Counted from the first letter of the stretch, positions 45,673 to 59,560 are shown. The stretch: 64,000 nucleotides of DNA from Escherichia coli (GCF_024298765.1 NZ_CP101210.1); one strand, 5' to 3'. The notes: a model not told the origin generated them from the letters alone. A program made the numbers and translations.

Positions 45673-46790
45673 GCTTCACTCTCCTGCTGACGATACTGAT
45701 ACCACGCGGCGCACGCTCCTTCGGAGGAAACCATCAGCGCACCAAACGCGGTTTGAGGATTACAGGTGTTACCAAACAGCGGGCATTGATGCGGCTTACA
45801 TTTGCCCGTCAAGACTTCGCCACAACGCGCACGCAGGTCATCGCAGACCTGCTGCGGTGCCGGGCGGAAATGTGTTTCGGCATCGAATCGTTGATAATCC
45901 GGCGTCAGGTGCACGCCAGAAGATTCAATCACGCCTAAGCCGCGCCATTCACTGTCGCCGTTGACACAGAACACATCGGCAATCGCCTGTTGCGCCAGCA
46001 GGTTACCGGCATCCGGTACCACCCGACGATACTGATTCTCTACCTTGCTGTGGGCCGCTATTTTCTGCTCCACCAGCATCACCACGCCTTGCAGTAGATC
46101 AAGGGGTTCGAAACCAGCGACCACCAGCGGGCGATGAAAATCGCTGGCGATAAAATTATAGGCATCAGTGCCGATAACCATACTGACGTGGCCCGGCGCG
46201 AGGAACGCGTCGATACCGTTATCTGGCTGTTCCAGCAAACTGCGCAGCGTCGGGATAAGCGTAATGTGCTGGCAGAAGAAGTAAAAATTCTGCACATCGC
46301 GGGCTTTCGCCTGTTGCAGAGTGATGGCGGTGGTCGGCATGGTGGTTTCAAAACCTAAGCCGAAGAATACCACTTTACGGGTTGGATTCTCCTGCGCCAG
46401 TTTTAACGCATCCATTGGCGAGTAAACGATGCGCACATCGGCACCGCGTGCTTTTGCCTGCAACAGCGACCCCTGTTTCCCTGGTACGCGCATGGCATCG
46501 CCAAAGGTACAGAAGATGACTTCCGGATGGCTGGCAATCTCCACGCAGGTGTCGATTCTACCCATTGGCAGTACGCACACCGGGCAACCCGGACCGTGGA
46601 TAAACTCAACGTTTTCCGGTAGCAACTGGTCGAGGCCGAATTTAAAAATGGCGTGGGTATGACCGCCACACACTTCCATAATCCGCAGAGGGCGTTCGGC
46701 GGTGTAAGAGAGATGTGAAGCACGTTCGCGCAGATGCTCAATTAACTGCATCACCTGTTCCGGCGCGCGATATTCATCAACAAAACGCAT
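45669..46790 (-). CDS. hypD: hydrogenase maturation factor HypD
   Basis: 373-aa ORF with CGxH and C-terminal Cys motifs. Confidence 0.9.
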   Translation of the reverse strand: MRFVDEYRAPEQVMQLIEHLRERASHLSYTAERPLRIMEVCGGHTHAIFKFGLDQLLPENVEFIHGPGCPVCVLPMGRIDTCVEIASHPEVIFCTFGDAMRVPGKQGSLLQAKARGADVRIVYSPMDALKLAQENPTRKVVFFGLGFETTMPTTAITLQQAKARDVQNFYFFCQHITLIPTLRSLLEQPDNGIDAFLAPGHVSMVIGTDAYNFIASDFHRPLVVAGFEPLDLLQGVVMLVEQKIAAHSKVENQYRRVVPDAGNLLAQQAIADVFCVNGDSEWRGLGVIESSGVHLTPDYQRFDAETHFRPAPQQVCDDLRARCGEVLTGKCKPHQCPLFGNTCNPQTAFGALMVSSEGACAAWYQYRQQESEA

Positions 46791-47062
46791 TATTTTTCCT
46801 CGCCATACAACAGCGCGCCGACATCTGGCTCAACGTCAAACATGTTTTGTAAGGCGTCGAGAGTGTCGCGTGCTTCGGCTTCATTAATTACGCTCATGGC
46901 AAAGCCAACGTGAACCAGTACCCACTGGCCCACGCGTGGCTGACCGTTTTCATCGCAGCTGCCGACTAACGTTAAATCGACATCGCGCTGAATGCCGCAG
47001 ACGTCGACTTTCGCCTGGTTGCCGTCAATAGTGCGGATCTGGCCGGGAACGCCTATGCACAT
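46790..47062 (-). CDS. hypC: hydrogenase maturation chaperone HypC
   Basis: Track ORF 46790..47089; true protein must start MCIGVPG (Cys2 essential), giving 90 aa. Confidence 0.85.
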   Translation of the reverse strand: MCIGVPGQIRTIDGNQAKVDVCGIQRDVDLTLVGSCDENGQPRVGQWVLVHVGFAMSVINEAEARDTLDALQNMFDVEPDVGALLYGEEK

Positions 47063-47925
47063 CGCTGTGTCTCCAGCCAGTTCAGCCACTGGTCCATCCC
47101 TTCGCCGCTGGTGGCGGAAATAAGGATGATTTCAATTTCTGGATTGACTTCACGGGCGCAGGCGATGCACTTCTCAACGTCGAAATTGAGATACGGCAGC
47201 AAGTCAACTTTGTTGAGCAGCATCAGCGAGGCGGCGGCAAACATGTGCGGATATTTCAGCGGTTTGTCTTCACCTTCGGTAACGGAAAGCACCGCCACTT
47301 TGTGTTTTTCACCGAGATCGAAGCTGGCCGGGCAAACGAGGTTACCGACGTTTTCGATAAACAGAATACCGTTATCGTCCAGTGGCAGGCGCGGCGCGGC
47401 GTCGGCAATCATCTGTGCGTCAAGATGGCAGCCTTTACCGGTGTTCACCTGAATCGCTGGGGTGCCGGTAGCGCGAATGCGTGCGGCATCGTTCACGGTT
47501 TGCTGGTCACCTTCAATAACCGCGCACGGAACGCTGTCTTTCAGGCGCATTAAAGTTTCCGTCAGCAGGGTGGTTTTACCGGAACCAGGGCTGGAAACCA
47601 GGTTGAGCACCAGTTGCTTGCGGGCAGCAAAGCGCGCGCGGTTGCGTTCAGCCAGACGGTTATTTTTGTCCAGCACGTCAATTTCGACTTCCAGCATCCG
47701 ACGCTGGCTCATGCCCGGCGCGTGAGTGCCCGCTTCGCCATGACCGTAATGCAGGTCGCCTTCTTCAGTCTGGCTGGGGGTAAATTCAGGCGCTTTAATG
47801 CCGGTGATTTTCATCTTCGGGCGTGCCGCCGGGGCAAATGGCGCGCTACGAAACGCGGAATGAGGGTTATGTTCATCACCCTCAATATAGAGGTTGCCTT
47901 CACCGCAACCGCATGTTGTACACAT
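47053..47925 (-). CDS. hypB: hydrogenase nickel incorporation GTPase HypB
   Basis: 290-aa ORF with N-terminal MCTTCGC metal-binding motif and His-rich stretch; GTPase P-loop GSGKTT. Confidence 0.9.
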   Translation of the reverse strand: MCTTCGCGEGNLYIEGDEHNPHSAFRSAPFAPAARPKMKITGIKAPEFTPSQTEEGDLHYGHGEAGTHAPGMSQRRMLEVEIDVLDKNNRLAERNRARFAARKQLVLNLVSSPGSGKTTLLTETLMRLKDSVPCAVIEGDQQTVNDAARIRATGTPAIQVNTGKGCHLDAQMIADAAPRLPLDDNGILFIENVGNLVCPASFDLGEKHKVAVLSVTEGEDKPLKYPHMFAAASLMLLNKVDLLPYLNFDVEKCIACAREVNPEIEIILISATSGEGMDQWLNWLETQRCA

Positions 47926-47928
47926 CGC

Positions 47929-48279
47929 TCACTCCTGGTCTATTTCTATCCGCCGAATCTGTAAACCGTCGTCTGCCACAATCTGTAGCATGTCACCATG
48001 ACACTGTGGACAGCGGCGGACGCGCTGGGTCAGTAGCGTCACATACTGTTGGCATGTTTCACACCAGCATTCGGCCTCTTGTTCTTCGAGGTGCAGTTTA
48101 CAACCTTCCGCCACGCTGCCGCGGCAAACCAGATCAAAACAAAAGGCAAGAGAGCTGGTTTCGACACAAGAAAATGCGCCAATTTTGAGCCAGACCCCAG
48201 TTACGCGTTTTGCGCCGTGTTTTGCGGCCTGCTGTTCGATCAATTCCAGTGCCCGTTGGCAGAGGGTTATTTCGTGCAT
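47929..48279 (-). CDS. hypA: hydrogenase nickel insertion protein HypA
   Basis: Track ORF 47929..48291; likely 116-aa protein from MHEITLCQ with CxxC...CxxC zinc site. Confidence 0.9.
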   Translation of the reverse strand: MHEITLCQRALELIEQQAAKHGAKRVTGVWLKIGAFSCVETSSLAFCFDLVCRGSVAEGCKLHLEEQEAECWCETCQQYVTLLTQRVRRCPQCHGDMLQIVADDGLQIRRIEIDQE

Positions 48280-48308
48280 ATCGCCTCCCATTAACTATTG
48301 CCAGCTAC

Positions 48309-48326
48309 AAGCAATAATTGTGCCAG
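48309..48326 (-). promoter_or_regulatory. sigma-54 promoter (-24/-12) of the hyp operon
   Basis: Minus-strand TGGCACAATTATTGCT matches the TGGCAC-N5-TTGC consensus. Confidence 0.6.
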
Positions 48327-48438
48327 TGTTGATTATCCCTGCGGTGAATAATGTCGATGATGTCGAAATGACACGTCGACACGGCGACGAAATTCATCTT
48401 TAGCTTAAAAATCGCTTTAATAACAATAAATTAAAAGT

Positions 48439-48454
48439 TGGCACAAAAAATGCT
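48439..48454 (+). promoter_or_regulatory. sigma-54 promoter (-24/-12) of the hyc operon
   Basis: TGGCACAAAAAATGCT, GG and GC elements 12 bp apart; about 37 bp upstream of the hycA ATG. Confidence 0.6.
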
Positions 48455-48490
48455 TAAAGCTGGCATCTCTGTTAAACGGGTAACCTGACA

Positions 48491-48952
48491 ATGACTATTT
48501 GGGAAATAAGCGAGAAAGCCGATTACATCGCACAGCGGCATCGTCGCCTACAGGACCAGTGGCACATCTACTGCAATTCGCTGGTTCAGGGAATCACGTT
48601 ATCGAAAGCGCGCCTGCATCACGCCATGAGCTGCGCGCCGGACAAAGAACTCTGTTTCGTCCTTTTTGAACATTTTCGTATTTACGTCACCCTGGCGGAT
48701 GGCTTTAACAGCCACACCATCGAGTATTACGTCGAAACAAAAGATGGTGAAGACAAACAGCGGATTGCGCAGGCGCAACTGAGCATTGACGGCATGATTG
48801 ATGGCAAGGTCAACATCCGCGATCGCGAACAGGTTCTGGAACACTATCTCGAAAAAATCGCTGGCGTTTACGACAGCTTATACACCGCCATTGAAAACAA
48901 TGTGCCGGTGAATTTAAGCCAACTGGTAAAGGGACAAAGCCCGGCAGCATGA
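48491..48952 (+). CDS. hycA: formate hydrogenlyase regulatory protein HycA
   Basis: 153-aa ORF recognised as HycA. Confidence 0.9.
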   Translation: MTIWEISEKADYIAQRHRRLQDQWHIYCNSLVQGITLSKARLHHAMSCAPDKELCFVLFEHFRIYVTLADGFNSHTIEYYVETKDGEDKQRIAQAQLSIDGMIDGKVNIRDREQVLEHYLEKIAGVYDSLYTAIENNVPVNLSQLVKGQSPAA

Positions 48953-49076
48953 GCTGAGGCTTTGCCCGTTTTGCAGGCGTTACGCCTGTTTGGGGATGGG
49001 CGTGTCGATGAGTGTCGAAAATGACATTTCATCGGCATGTTTTCGTCAAAAATGACAATCACCTGAGGAATGCCTG

Positions 49077-49688
49077 GTGAATCGTTTTGTAATTGCTGAC
49101 TCCACGCTCTGTATCGGCTGCCACACCTGTGAGGCCGCCTGTTCAGAGACGCATCGCCAGCACGGCCTGCAATCAATGCCGCGCCTGCGAGTGATGCTCA
49201 ATGAAAAAGAATCTGCGCCGCAGCTCTGTCACCACTGTGAAGATGCGCCCTGTGCGGTGGTTTGCCCGGTTAACGCCATCACCCGCGTTGATGGGGCCGT
49301 GCAGTTGAATGAAAGTCTGTGCGTAAGCTGCAAACTGTGCGGCATCGCCTGCCCGTTTGGCGCAATTGAATTTTCCGGCAGCCGTCCGCTGGATATTCCG
49401 GCAAACGCCAATACCCCGAAAGCGCCACCGGCACCGCCTGCTCCGGCGCGTGTCAGCACATTGCTTGACTGGGTGCCAGGTATTCGCGCGATCGCCGTCA
49501 AATGTGACCTTTGTAGCTTTGATGAACAAGGTCCGGCCTGCGTGCGGATGTGCCCGACTAAAGCCCTGCATCTGGTGGATAACACCGATATCGCCCGCGT
49601 CAGCAAACGTAAGCGTGAGCTGACTTTTAACACGGATTTTGGCGATCTCACCTTGTTTCAGCAGGCTCAAAGTGGAGAGGCTAAATGA
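49077..49688 (+). CDS. hycB: formate hydrogenlyase iron-sulfur subunit HycB
   Basis: 203-aa ORF with four CxxCxxCxxxCP ferredoxin motifs. Confidence 0.9.
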   Translation: MNRFVIADSTLCIGCHTCEAACSETHRQHGLQSMPRLRVMLNEKESAPQLCHHCEDAPCAVVCPVNAITRVDGAVQLNESLCVSCKLCGIACPFGAIEFSGSRPLDIPANANTPKAPPAPPAPARVSTLLDWVPGIRAIAVKCDLCSFDEQGPACVRMCPTKALHLVDNTDIARVSKRKRELTFNTDFGDLTLFQQAQSGEAK

Positions 49689-51511
49689 GCGCAATTTCCC
49701 TGATCAATAGCGGCGTGGCGTGGTTTGTCGCCGCCGCTGTTCTGGCATTTCTCTTTTCTTTTCAAAAGGCGCTAAGCGGCTGGATAGCCGGAATTGGCGG
49801 CGCGGTTGGTAGCCTGTATACGGCAGCCGCGGGCTTCACAGTGCTGACTGGCGCGGTTGGCGTGAGCGGTGCGCTGTCGCTGGTAAGCTACGATGTGCAA
49901 ATCTCTCCGCTTAATGCGATTTGGCTGATTACGCTCGGCCTATGCGGTCTGTTTGTCAGCCTCTACAACATTGACTGGCATCGCCACGCGCAGGTGAAGT
50001 GCAACGGCTTGCAGATCAATATGTTGATGGCTGCCGCCGTCTGCGCCGTCATCGCCAGCAACCTCGGCATGTTCGTGGTAATGGCCGAAATCATGGCCCT
50101 GTGTGCGGTGTTCCTCACCAGCAACAGCAAAGAGGGCAAACTGTGGTTTGCGCTGGGGCGTCTTGGCACTCTGCTGCTGGCGATTGCCTGCTGGCTGCTG
50201 TGGCAGCGTTACGGCACGCTGGATCTGCGCCTGCTGGATATGCGTATGCAACAGCTGCCGCTCGGTTCCGATATCTGGCTGCTCGGTGTGATTGGCTTTG
50301 GCCTGCTGGCCGGGATTATTCCGCTGCACGGCTGGGTGCCACAGGCACATGCCAACGCCTCTGCGCCAGCTGCCGCGCTGTTTTCCACGGTAGTCATGAA
50401 AATTGGCCTGCTGGGCATTTTAACTCTGTCACTACTGGGCGGTAATGCACCGCTGTGGTGGGGGATCGCACTGCTGGTACTCGGCATGATCACCGCATTC
50501 GTCGGCGGTCTGTATGCGTTGATGGAACATAATATCCAACGTCTGCTGGCTTACCACACCCTGGAAAATATCGGCATCATCCTGCTGGGGCTGGGCGCTG
50601 GCGTAACGGGTATCGCGCTCGAACAACCGGCGCTGATTGCCCTTGGTCTGGTTGGTGGTCTGTACCATCTGCTTAACCATAGCCTGTTCAAGAGCGTACT
50701 GTTCCTTGGTGCGGGGAGCGTCTGGTTCCGTACCGGTCATCGCGATATCGAAAAACTCGGTGGTATTGGCAAGAAAATGCCGGTTATCTCCATCGCCATG
50801 TTAGTCGGGCTGATGGCAATGGCTGCGCTGCCGCCGCTGAACGGGTTTGCCGGGGAATGGGTTATCTATCAATCCTTCTTCAAACTGAGCAATAGTGGCG
50901 CGTTTGTTGCCCGTCTTCTCGGGCCGCTGCTCGCCGTGGGGCTGGCAATTACCGGTGCGCTGGCGGTGATGTGTATGGCGAAAGTTTATGGCGTTACTTT
51001 CCTCGGCGCGCCGCGTACCAAAGAGGCCGAAAACGCCACCTGTGCGCCGCTCCTGATGAGCGTAAGCGTAGTGGCACTGGCGATTTGCTGCGTAATTGGC
51101 GGTGTTGCTGCGCCGTGGCTACTGCCGATGCTCTCTGCTGCTGTACCTCTGCCGCTGGAGCCTGCTAACACCACCGTTTCTCAACCCATGATCACGTTGC
51201 TGCTGATTGCCTGCCCGCTGCTGCCATTCATCATTATGGCGATTTGCAAAGGCGATCGTTTGCCGTCGCGTTCCCGCGGCGCGGCCTGGGTGTGCGGCTA
51301 CGATCATGAAAAATCAATGGTGATTACCGCTCACGGTTTTGCCATGCCGGTGAAACAGGCGTTTGCGCCGGTGCTGAAACTACGCAAATGGCTGAATCCG
51401 GTGTCGCTGGTGCCGGGCTGGCAGTGCGAGGGGAGTGCGTTGCTGTTCCGCCGGATGGCGCTGGTTGAACTGGCGGTACTGGTGGTGATTATTGTTTCAC
51501 GAGGAGCCTGA
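49685..51511 (+). CDS. hycC: formate hydrogenlyase membrane subunit HycC
   Basis: 608-aa polytopic membrane ORF (NuoL/M/N-like). Confidence 0.9.
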   Translation: MSAISLINSGVAWFVAAAVLAFLFSFQKALSGWIAGIGGAVGSLYTAAAGFTVLTGAVGVSGALSLVSYDVQISPLNAIWLITLGLCGLFVSLYNIDWHRHAQVKCNGLQINMLMAAAVCAVIASNLGMFVVMAEIMALCAVFLTSNSKEGKLWFALGRLGTLLLAIACWLLWQRYGTLDLRLLDMRMQQLPLGSDIWLLGVIGFGLLAGIIPLHGWVPQAHANASAPAAALFSTVVMKIGLLGILTLSLLGGNAPLWWGIALLVLGMITAFVGGLYALMEHNIQRLLAYHTLENIGIILLGLGAGVTGIALEQPALIALGLVGGLYHLLNHSLFKSVLFLGAGSVWFRTGHRDIEKLGGIGKKMPVISIAMLVGLMAMAALPPLNGFAGEWVIYQSFFKLSNSGAFVARLLGPLLAVGLAITGALAVMCMAKVYGVTFLGAPRTKEAENATCAPLLMSVSVVALAICCVIGGVAAPWLLPMLSAAVPLPLEPANTTVSQPMITLLLIACPLLPFIIMAICKGDRLPSRSRGAAWVCGYDHEKSMVITAHGFAMPVKQAFAPVLKLRKWLNPVSLVPGWQCEGSALLFRRMALVELAVLVVIIVSRGA

Positions 51512-51513
51512 GA

Positions 51514-52437
51514 ATGAGTGTTTTATATCCGTTAATTCAGGCGCTGGTGTTATTTGCCGTTGCGCCGCTGCTCTCCGGTATTACCCGCGTAGCGCGCGCC
51601 CGCTTGCATAACCGTCGTGGGCCGGGCGTGTTGCAGGAGTATCGCGACATTATCAAACTGCTGGGGCGTCAGAGCGTTGGCCCGGATGCCTCCGGCTGGG
51701 TGTTCCGCCTGACGCCGTATGTGATGGTGGGCGTCATGCTGACTATCGCCACTGCGCTGCCGGTGGTGACCGTCGGTTCTCCGCTGCCGCAACTGGGCGA
51801 TTTGATCACTTTACTGTATCTCTTTGCCATCGCGCGTTTCTTCTTTGCCATTTCTGGTCTGGATACCGGTAGCCCGTTTACCGCTATCGGCGCGAGCCGT
51901 GAAGCGATGCTTGGCGTGTTGGTTGAACCGATGCTGCTGCTTGGTCTGTGGGTTGCGGCGCAGGTTGCCGGTTCCACCAACATCAGCAACATCACCGACA
52001 CCGTTTATCACTGGCCGCTGAGCCAGAGCATCCCGCTGGTGCTGGCGCTTTGTGCCTGTGCATTCGCCACCTTTATCGAAATGGGCAAACTGCCGTTCGA
52101 CCTGGCGGAAGCCGAGCAGGAGTTGCAGGAAGGTCCGCTCTCTGAGTATAGCGGCAGCGGCTTTGGCGTCATGAAATGGGGCATCAGCCTGAAACAGCTG
52201 GTGGTGTTGCAGATGTTCGTCGGGGTGTTTATTCCGTGGGGACAAATGGAAACCTTCACCGTCGGTGGGCTGCTGCTGGCGCTGGTGATTGCCATCGTCA
52301 AACTGGTGGTTGGCGTCCTGGTTATCGCGCTGTTCGAAAACAGCATGGCCCGTCTGCGTCTTGATATTACTCCGCGCATTACCTGGGCCGGGTTTGGCTT
52401 TGCATTTTTAGCGTTCGTCTCCTTGCTGGCGGCGTGA
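51514..52437 (+). CDS. hycD: formate hydrogenlyase membrane subunit HycD
   Basis: 307-aa membrane ORF (NuoH-like). Confidence 0.9.
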   Translation: MSVLYPLIQALVLFAVAPLLSGITRVARARLHNRRGPGVLQEYRDIIKLLGRQSVGPDASGWVFRLTPYVMVGVMLTIATALPVVTVGSPLPQLGDLITLLYLFAIARFFFAISGLDTGSPFTAIGASREAMLGVLVEPMLLLGLWVAAQVAGSTNISNITDTVYHWPLSQSIPLVLALCACAFATFIEMGKLPFDLAEAEQELQEGPLSEYSGSGFGVMKWGISLKQLVVLQMFVGVFIPWGQMETFTVGGLLLALVIAIVKLVVGVLVIALFENSMARLRLDITPRITWAGFGFAFLAFVSLLAA

Positions 52438-52454
52438 TTAAAGAGAGTTTGAGC

Positions 52455-54164
52455 ATGTCTGAAGAAAAATTAGGTCAACATTATCTCGCCGCGCTGAATG
52501 AAGCATTTCCTGGCGTCGTGCTGGACCACGCCTGGCAGACCAAAGATCAGCTGACTGTCACCGTAAAGGTGAACTATCTGCCGGAAGTAGTGGAGTTTCT
52601 CTATTACAAGCAGGGTGGCTGGCTGTCGGTGCTGTTTGGTAACGACGAACGTAAACTGAATGGTCATTACGCCGTTTATTACGTGCTGTCGATGGAGAAG
52701 GGCACCAAATGCTGGATAACCGTGCGCGTTGAAGTTGACGCCAACAAACCGGAATATCCGTCCGTAACGCCGCGCGTTCCGGCGGCGGTATGGGGCGAGC
52801 GTGAAGTGCGCGATATGTACGGTTTGATTCCGGTAGGGCTGCCGGATGAACGTCGTCTGGTGCTGCCGGATGACTGGCCGGATGAACTTTATCCGCTGCG
52901 TAAAGACAGCATGGATTATCGTCAACGTCCGGCACCGACTACCGATGCTGAAACCTACGAGTTCATCAACGAACTGGGCGACAAGAAAAACAACGTCGTG
53001 CCGATTGGTCCGCTGCACGTTACTTCCGACGAACCGGGTCACTTCCGTCTGTTCGTCGATGGCGAAAACATTATCGACGCCGACTACCGCCTGTTCTATG
53101 TCCATCGCGGCATGGAAAAACTGGCGGAAACCCGCATGGGTTACAACGAAGTGACCTTCCTCTCTGACCGTGTGTGCGGGATCTGCGGCTTTGCTCACAG
53201 CACCGCCTACACCACGTCGGTGGAAAACGCGATGGGTATTCAGGTGCCAGAACGTGCGCAGATGATCCGCGCCATTCTGTTGGAGGTGGAACGCCTGCAC
53301 TCGCATCTGCTCAACCTCGGCCTCGCCTGTCACTTTACCGGCTTCGACTCCGGCTTTATGCAGTTCTTCCGCGTGCGTGAAACCTCCATGAAAATGGCAG
53401 AGATCCTTACCGGTGCACGTAAAACCTACGGCCTGAACCTGATCGGCGGGATTCGTCGCGATCTGCTGAAAGACGACATGATCCAGACCCGCCAGCTGGC
53501 ACAACAGATGCGTCGTGAAGTGCAGGAGCTGGTGGATGTGCTGCTGAGCACACCGAACATGGAACAGCGCACCGTCGGCATTGGTCGTTTGGACCCGGAA
53601 ATCGCCCGCGATTTCAGTAACGTTGGCCCGATGGTTCGCGCCAGCGGTCACGCCCGCGATACTCGCGCCGATCACCCGTTTGTCGGTTATGGCCTGCTGC
53701 CAATGGAAGTCCACAGCGAGCAGGGCTGCGACGTTATTTCCCGTCTGAAAGTGCGAATCAACGAGGTCTATACCGCGCTGAACATGATCGACTACGGTCT
53801 GGATAACCTGCCGGGCGGTCCGTTGATGGTAGAAGGTTTTACCTACATTCCGCACCGTTTTGCGCTGGGCTTTGCCGAAGCGCCGCGCGGCGACGATATC
53901 CACTGGAGCATGACCGGCGACAACCAGAAGCTGTACCGCTGGCGCTGCCGTGCCGCGACCTACGCGAACTGGCCGACCCTGCGCTACATGCTGCGCGGCA
54001 ACACCGTTTCCGATGCGCCGCTGATTATCGGTAGCCTGGACCCTTGCTACTCCTGTACCGACCGCATGACCGTGGTCGATGTGCGTAAGAAGAAGAGCAA
54101 AGTGGTGCCGTACAAAGAACTCGAGCGTTACAGCATTGAGCGTAAAAACTCGCCGCTGAAATAA
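52455..54164 (+). CDS. hycE: hydrogenase 3 large subunit HycE
   Basis: Track ORF 52434..54164; likely start ATG 52455 (MSEEKLGQHYL), 569 aa; NiFe-binding Cys motifs (RVCGICGFAH, DPCYSCTDR). Confidence 0.9.
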   Translation: MSEEKLGQHYLAALNEAFPGVVLDHAWQTKDQLTVTVKVNYLPEVVEFLYYKQGGWLSVLFGNDERKLNGHYAVYYVLSMEKGTKCWITVRVEVDANKPEYPSVTPRVPAAVWGEREVRDMYGLIPVGLPDERRLVLPDDWPDELYPLRKDSMDYRQRPAPTTDAETYEFINELGDKKNNVVPIGPLHVTSDEPGHFRLFVDGENIIDADYRLFYVHRGMEKLAETRMGYNEVTFLSDRVCGICGFAHSTAYTTSVENAMGIQVPERAQMIRAILLEVERLHSHLLNLGLACHFTGFDSGFMQFFRVRETSMKMAEILTGARKTYGLNLIGGIRRDLLKDDMIQTRQLAQQMRREVQELVDVLLSTPNMEQRTVGIGRLDPEIARDFSNVGPMVRASGHARDTRADHPFVGYGLLPMEVHSEQGCDVISRLKVRINEVYTALNMIDYGLDNLPGGPLMVEGFTYIPHRFALGFAEAPRGDDIHWSMTGDNQKLYRWRCRAATYANWPTLRYMLRGNTVSDAPLIIGSLDPCYSCTDRMTVVDVRKKKSKVVPYKELERYSIERKNSPLK

Positions 54165-54173
54165 GGAATCGCC

Positions 54174-54716
54174 ATGTTTACCTTTATCAAAAAAGTCATC
54201 AAAACCGGCACGGCGACCTCGTCTTATCCGCTGGAGCCGATTGCGGTTGATAAAAACTTCCGTGGTAAGCCAGAGCAGAACCCGCAGCAGTGCATCGGCT
54301 GCGCGGCCTGCGTCAATGCCTGCCCGTCAAACGCCTTAACGGTTGAAACCGACCTCGCCACAGGAGAGCTGGCCTGGGAGTTTAATCTCGGGCGCTGCAT
54401 CTTCTGTGGACGCTGCGAAGAAGTTTGCCCGACGGCGGCGATCAAACTGTCGCAAGAGTACGAACTGGCGGTGTGGAAGAAAGAAGACTTCCTCCAACAG
54501 TCCCGCTTCGCGCTGTGCAACTGCCGCGTCTGCAATCGTCCTTTCGCCGTCCAGAAAGAGATCGACTACGCCATTGCGCTGCTTAAGCACAACGGCGACA
54601 GCCGCGCGGAAAACCACCGCGAAAGCTTTGAGACTTGCCCGGAATGTAAGCGCCAGAAATGCCTGGTGCCGTCCGACCGTATTGAACTGACTCGCCATAT
54701 GAAAGAGGCCATCTGA
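54174..54716 (+). CDS. hycF: formate hydrogenlyase iron-sulfur subunit HycF
   Basis: 180-aa ORF with ferredoxin Cys clusters. Confidence 0.9.
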   Translation: MFTFIKKVIKTGTATSSYPLEPIAVDKNFRGKPEQNPQQCIGCAACVNACPSNALTVETDLATGELAWEFNLGRCIFCGRCEEVCPTAAIKLSQEYELAVWKKEDFLQQSRFALCNCRVCNRPFAVQKEIDYAIALLKHNGDSRAENHRESFETCPECKRQKCLVPSDRIELTRHMKEAI

Positions 54717-55483
54717 TGAGCAATTTATTAGGCCCCCGTGACGCCAACGGCATTCCGGTCCCGATGACGGTGGATGAATCCATCGCCAGCATGAAGGCGT
54801 CGTTACTGAAAAAAATCAAACGTTCTGCCTACGTTTACCGCGTGGACTGCGGCGGCTGCAACGGCTGCGAAATCGAAATTTTCGCCACGCTTTCGCCGCT
54901 GTTCGATGCAGAACGCTTCGGCATTAAAGTCGTCCCGTCACCGCGTCATGCGGATATTTTACTGTTTACCGGCGCGGTCACCCGTGCAATGCGATCCCCT
55001 GCGCTGCGTGCGTGGCAGTCCGCGCCGGACCCGAAAATCTGTATCTCTTACGGTGCCTGCGGTAACAGCGGCGGGATCTTCCACGATCTCTACTGCGTGT
55101 GGGGCGGTACGGATAAAATCGTTCCAGTGGATGTTTATATCCCTGGCTGCCCGCCAACGCCTGCCGCCACGCTGTACGGCTTTGCGATGGCGCTCGGCCT
55201 GCTGGAGCAGAAAATCCACGCCCGTGGGCCGGGTGAGCAGGATGAACAACCGGCGGAGATCCTGCATGGCGATATGGTGCAGCCGCTGCGCGTGAAAGTG
55301 GATCGCGAAGCACGCCGCCTGGCAGGTTATCGTTACGGTCGTCAGATTGCCGATGACTTCCTGACACAGTTAGGGCAGGGCGAAGAGCAGGTTGCACGCT
55401 GGCTGGAAGCGGAAAACGATCCGCGTCTGAACGAGATTGTCAGCCATCTGAATCATGTTGTTGAAGAGGCGCGTATCCGATGA
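54716..55483 (+). CDS. hycG: hydrogenase 3 small subunit HycG
   Basis: 255-aa ORF, NuoB-like Cys motifs. Confidence 0.9.
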   Translation: MSNLLGPRDANGIPVPMTVDESIASMKASLLKKIKRSAYVYRVDCGGCNGCEIEIFATLSPLFDAERFGIKVVPSPRHADILLFTGAVTRAMRSPALRAWQSAPDPKICISYGACGNSGGIFHDLYCVWGGTDKIVPVDVYIPGCPPTPAATLYGFAMALGLLEQKIHARGPGEQDEQPAEILHGDMVQPLRVKVDREARRLAGYRYGRQIADDFLTQLGQGEEQVARWLEAENDPRLNEIVSHLNHVVEEARIR

Positions 55484-55890
55484 GTGAAAAGGTGGTGTTC
55501 AGTCAACTGAGCCGTAAATTTATTGATGAGAACGATGCCACGCCCGCCGAGGCGCAGCAGGTGGTCTATTACAGCCTGGCGATTGGTCACCACCTTGGGG
55601 TTATCGATTGCCTGGAAGCGGCGCTCACCTGTCCGTGGGATGAATATCTGGCATGGATTGCCACTCTGGAGGCGGGCAGCGAAGCCCGCCGCAAAATGGA
55701 AGGCGTGCCGAAATATGGTGAGATCGTCATCGACATTAACCATGTGCCGATGCTGGCCAACGCATTCGATAAAGCCCGGGCAGCGCAAACTTCGCAGCAG
55801 AAGGAATGGAGTACAATGCTGTTAAGTATGCTGCATGATATTCATCAGGAAAACGCCATCTATTTGATGGTGAGGAGATTGCGTGACTGA
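55480..55890 (+). CDS. hycH: formate hydrogenlyase maturation protein HycH
   Basis: 136-aa ORF; synteny. Confidence 0.85.
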   Translation: MSEKVVFSQLSRKFIDENDATPAEAQQVVYYSLAIGHHLGVIDCLEAALTCPWDEYLAWIATLEAGSEARRKMEGVPKYGEIVIDINHVPMLANAFDKARAAQTSQQKEWSTMLLSMLHDIHQENAIYLMVRRLRD

Positions 55891-56353
55891 CGTTTTACTC
55901 TGTGTTGGCAATAGCATGATGGGCGATGATGGCGCAGGCCCGCTACTGGCGGAAAAGTGCGCCGCCGCGCCGAAAGGTCACTGGGTGGTGATTGACGGCG
56001 GTAGTGCACCGGAAAACGACATTGTCGCTATTCGCGAACTGCGCCCGACACGACTGCTGATTGTCGACGCCACGGATATGGGGCTAAACCCCGGCGAGAT
56101 CCGCATCATCGATCCGGATGATATCGCCGAGATGTTTATGATGACTACCCATAACATGCCGTTGAACTACCTTATCGACCAGTTAAAAGAAGACATTGGC
56201 GAAGTGATTTTCCTCGGCATCCAGCCGGATATCGTCGGCTTTTACTACCCGATGACCCAGCCGATTAAAGATGCGGTAGAAACCGTTTATCAACGACTGG
56301 AAGGCTGGGAAGGGAATGGCGGATTCGCGCAGTTAGCGGTGGAAGAAGAGTAG
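55883..56353 (+). CDS. hycI: hydrogenase 3 maturation endopeptidase HycI
   Basis: 156-aa [23 protein letters not shown]... typical of hydrogenase maturation proteases. Confidence 0.9.
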   Translation: MTDVLLCVGNSMMGDDGAGPLLAEKCAAAPKGHWVVIDGGSAPENDIVAIRELRPTRLLIVDATDMGLNPGEIRIIDPDDIAEMFMMTTHNMPLNYLIDQLKEDIGEVIFLGIQPDIVGFYYPMTQPIKDAVETVYQRLEGWEGNGGFAQLAVEEE

Positions 56354-56423
56354 TTTTTCAGTAAGGAATCAGGACAGGGATGTTCTTGATGAGGGAATCA
56401 GAACTGATAGCAAACGCCAGATT

Positions 56424-56502
56424 GCCCGATGCGCTGCGCTTATCGGGCCTACCTGGTTCGTGCGACATGTAGGCCGGATAAGGCGTTCACGCCGCATCCG
56501 GC
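56424..56502. repeat. BIME (two inverted REP elements)
   Basis: GCCCGATGCGCTGCGCTTATCGGGCCTAC and GTAGGCCGGATAAGGCGTTCACGCCGCATCCGGC between the convergent hycI and ascB ends. Confidence 0.65.
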
Positions 56503-56510
56503 ACTGTTAC

Positions 56511-59401
<2,891 letters not shown>

Positions 59402-59486
59402 CGGATTTTATCCTGTTATCAGTAGGGTAGATGTAGTAGTTATCAGTCGACGTGACGGAAAAATGCCGATGCTGAAACGGAATTAA

Positions 59487-59498
59487 GAAACCGGTTTC
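59487..59498. promoter_or_regulatory. Candidate AscG operator 1 (perfect palindrome GAAACCGGTTTC)
   Basis: 12-bp perfect dyad in the ascF/ascG divergent region, GalR/LacI-type operator shape. Confidence 0.5.
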
Positions 59499-59560
59499 AC
59501 AAAATCATGAATAGTTGTCACTAAATAAGCAAGAGAGTTAATTGTTCATTTTTTATATTT

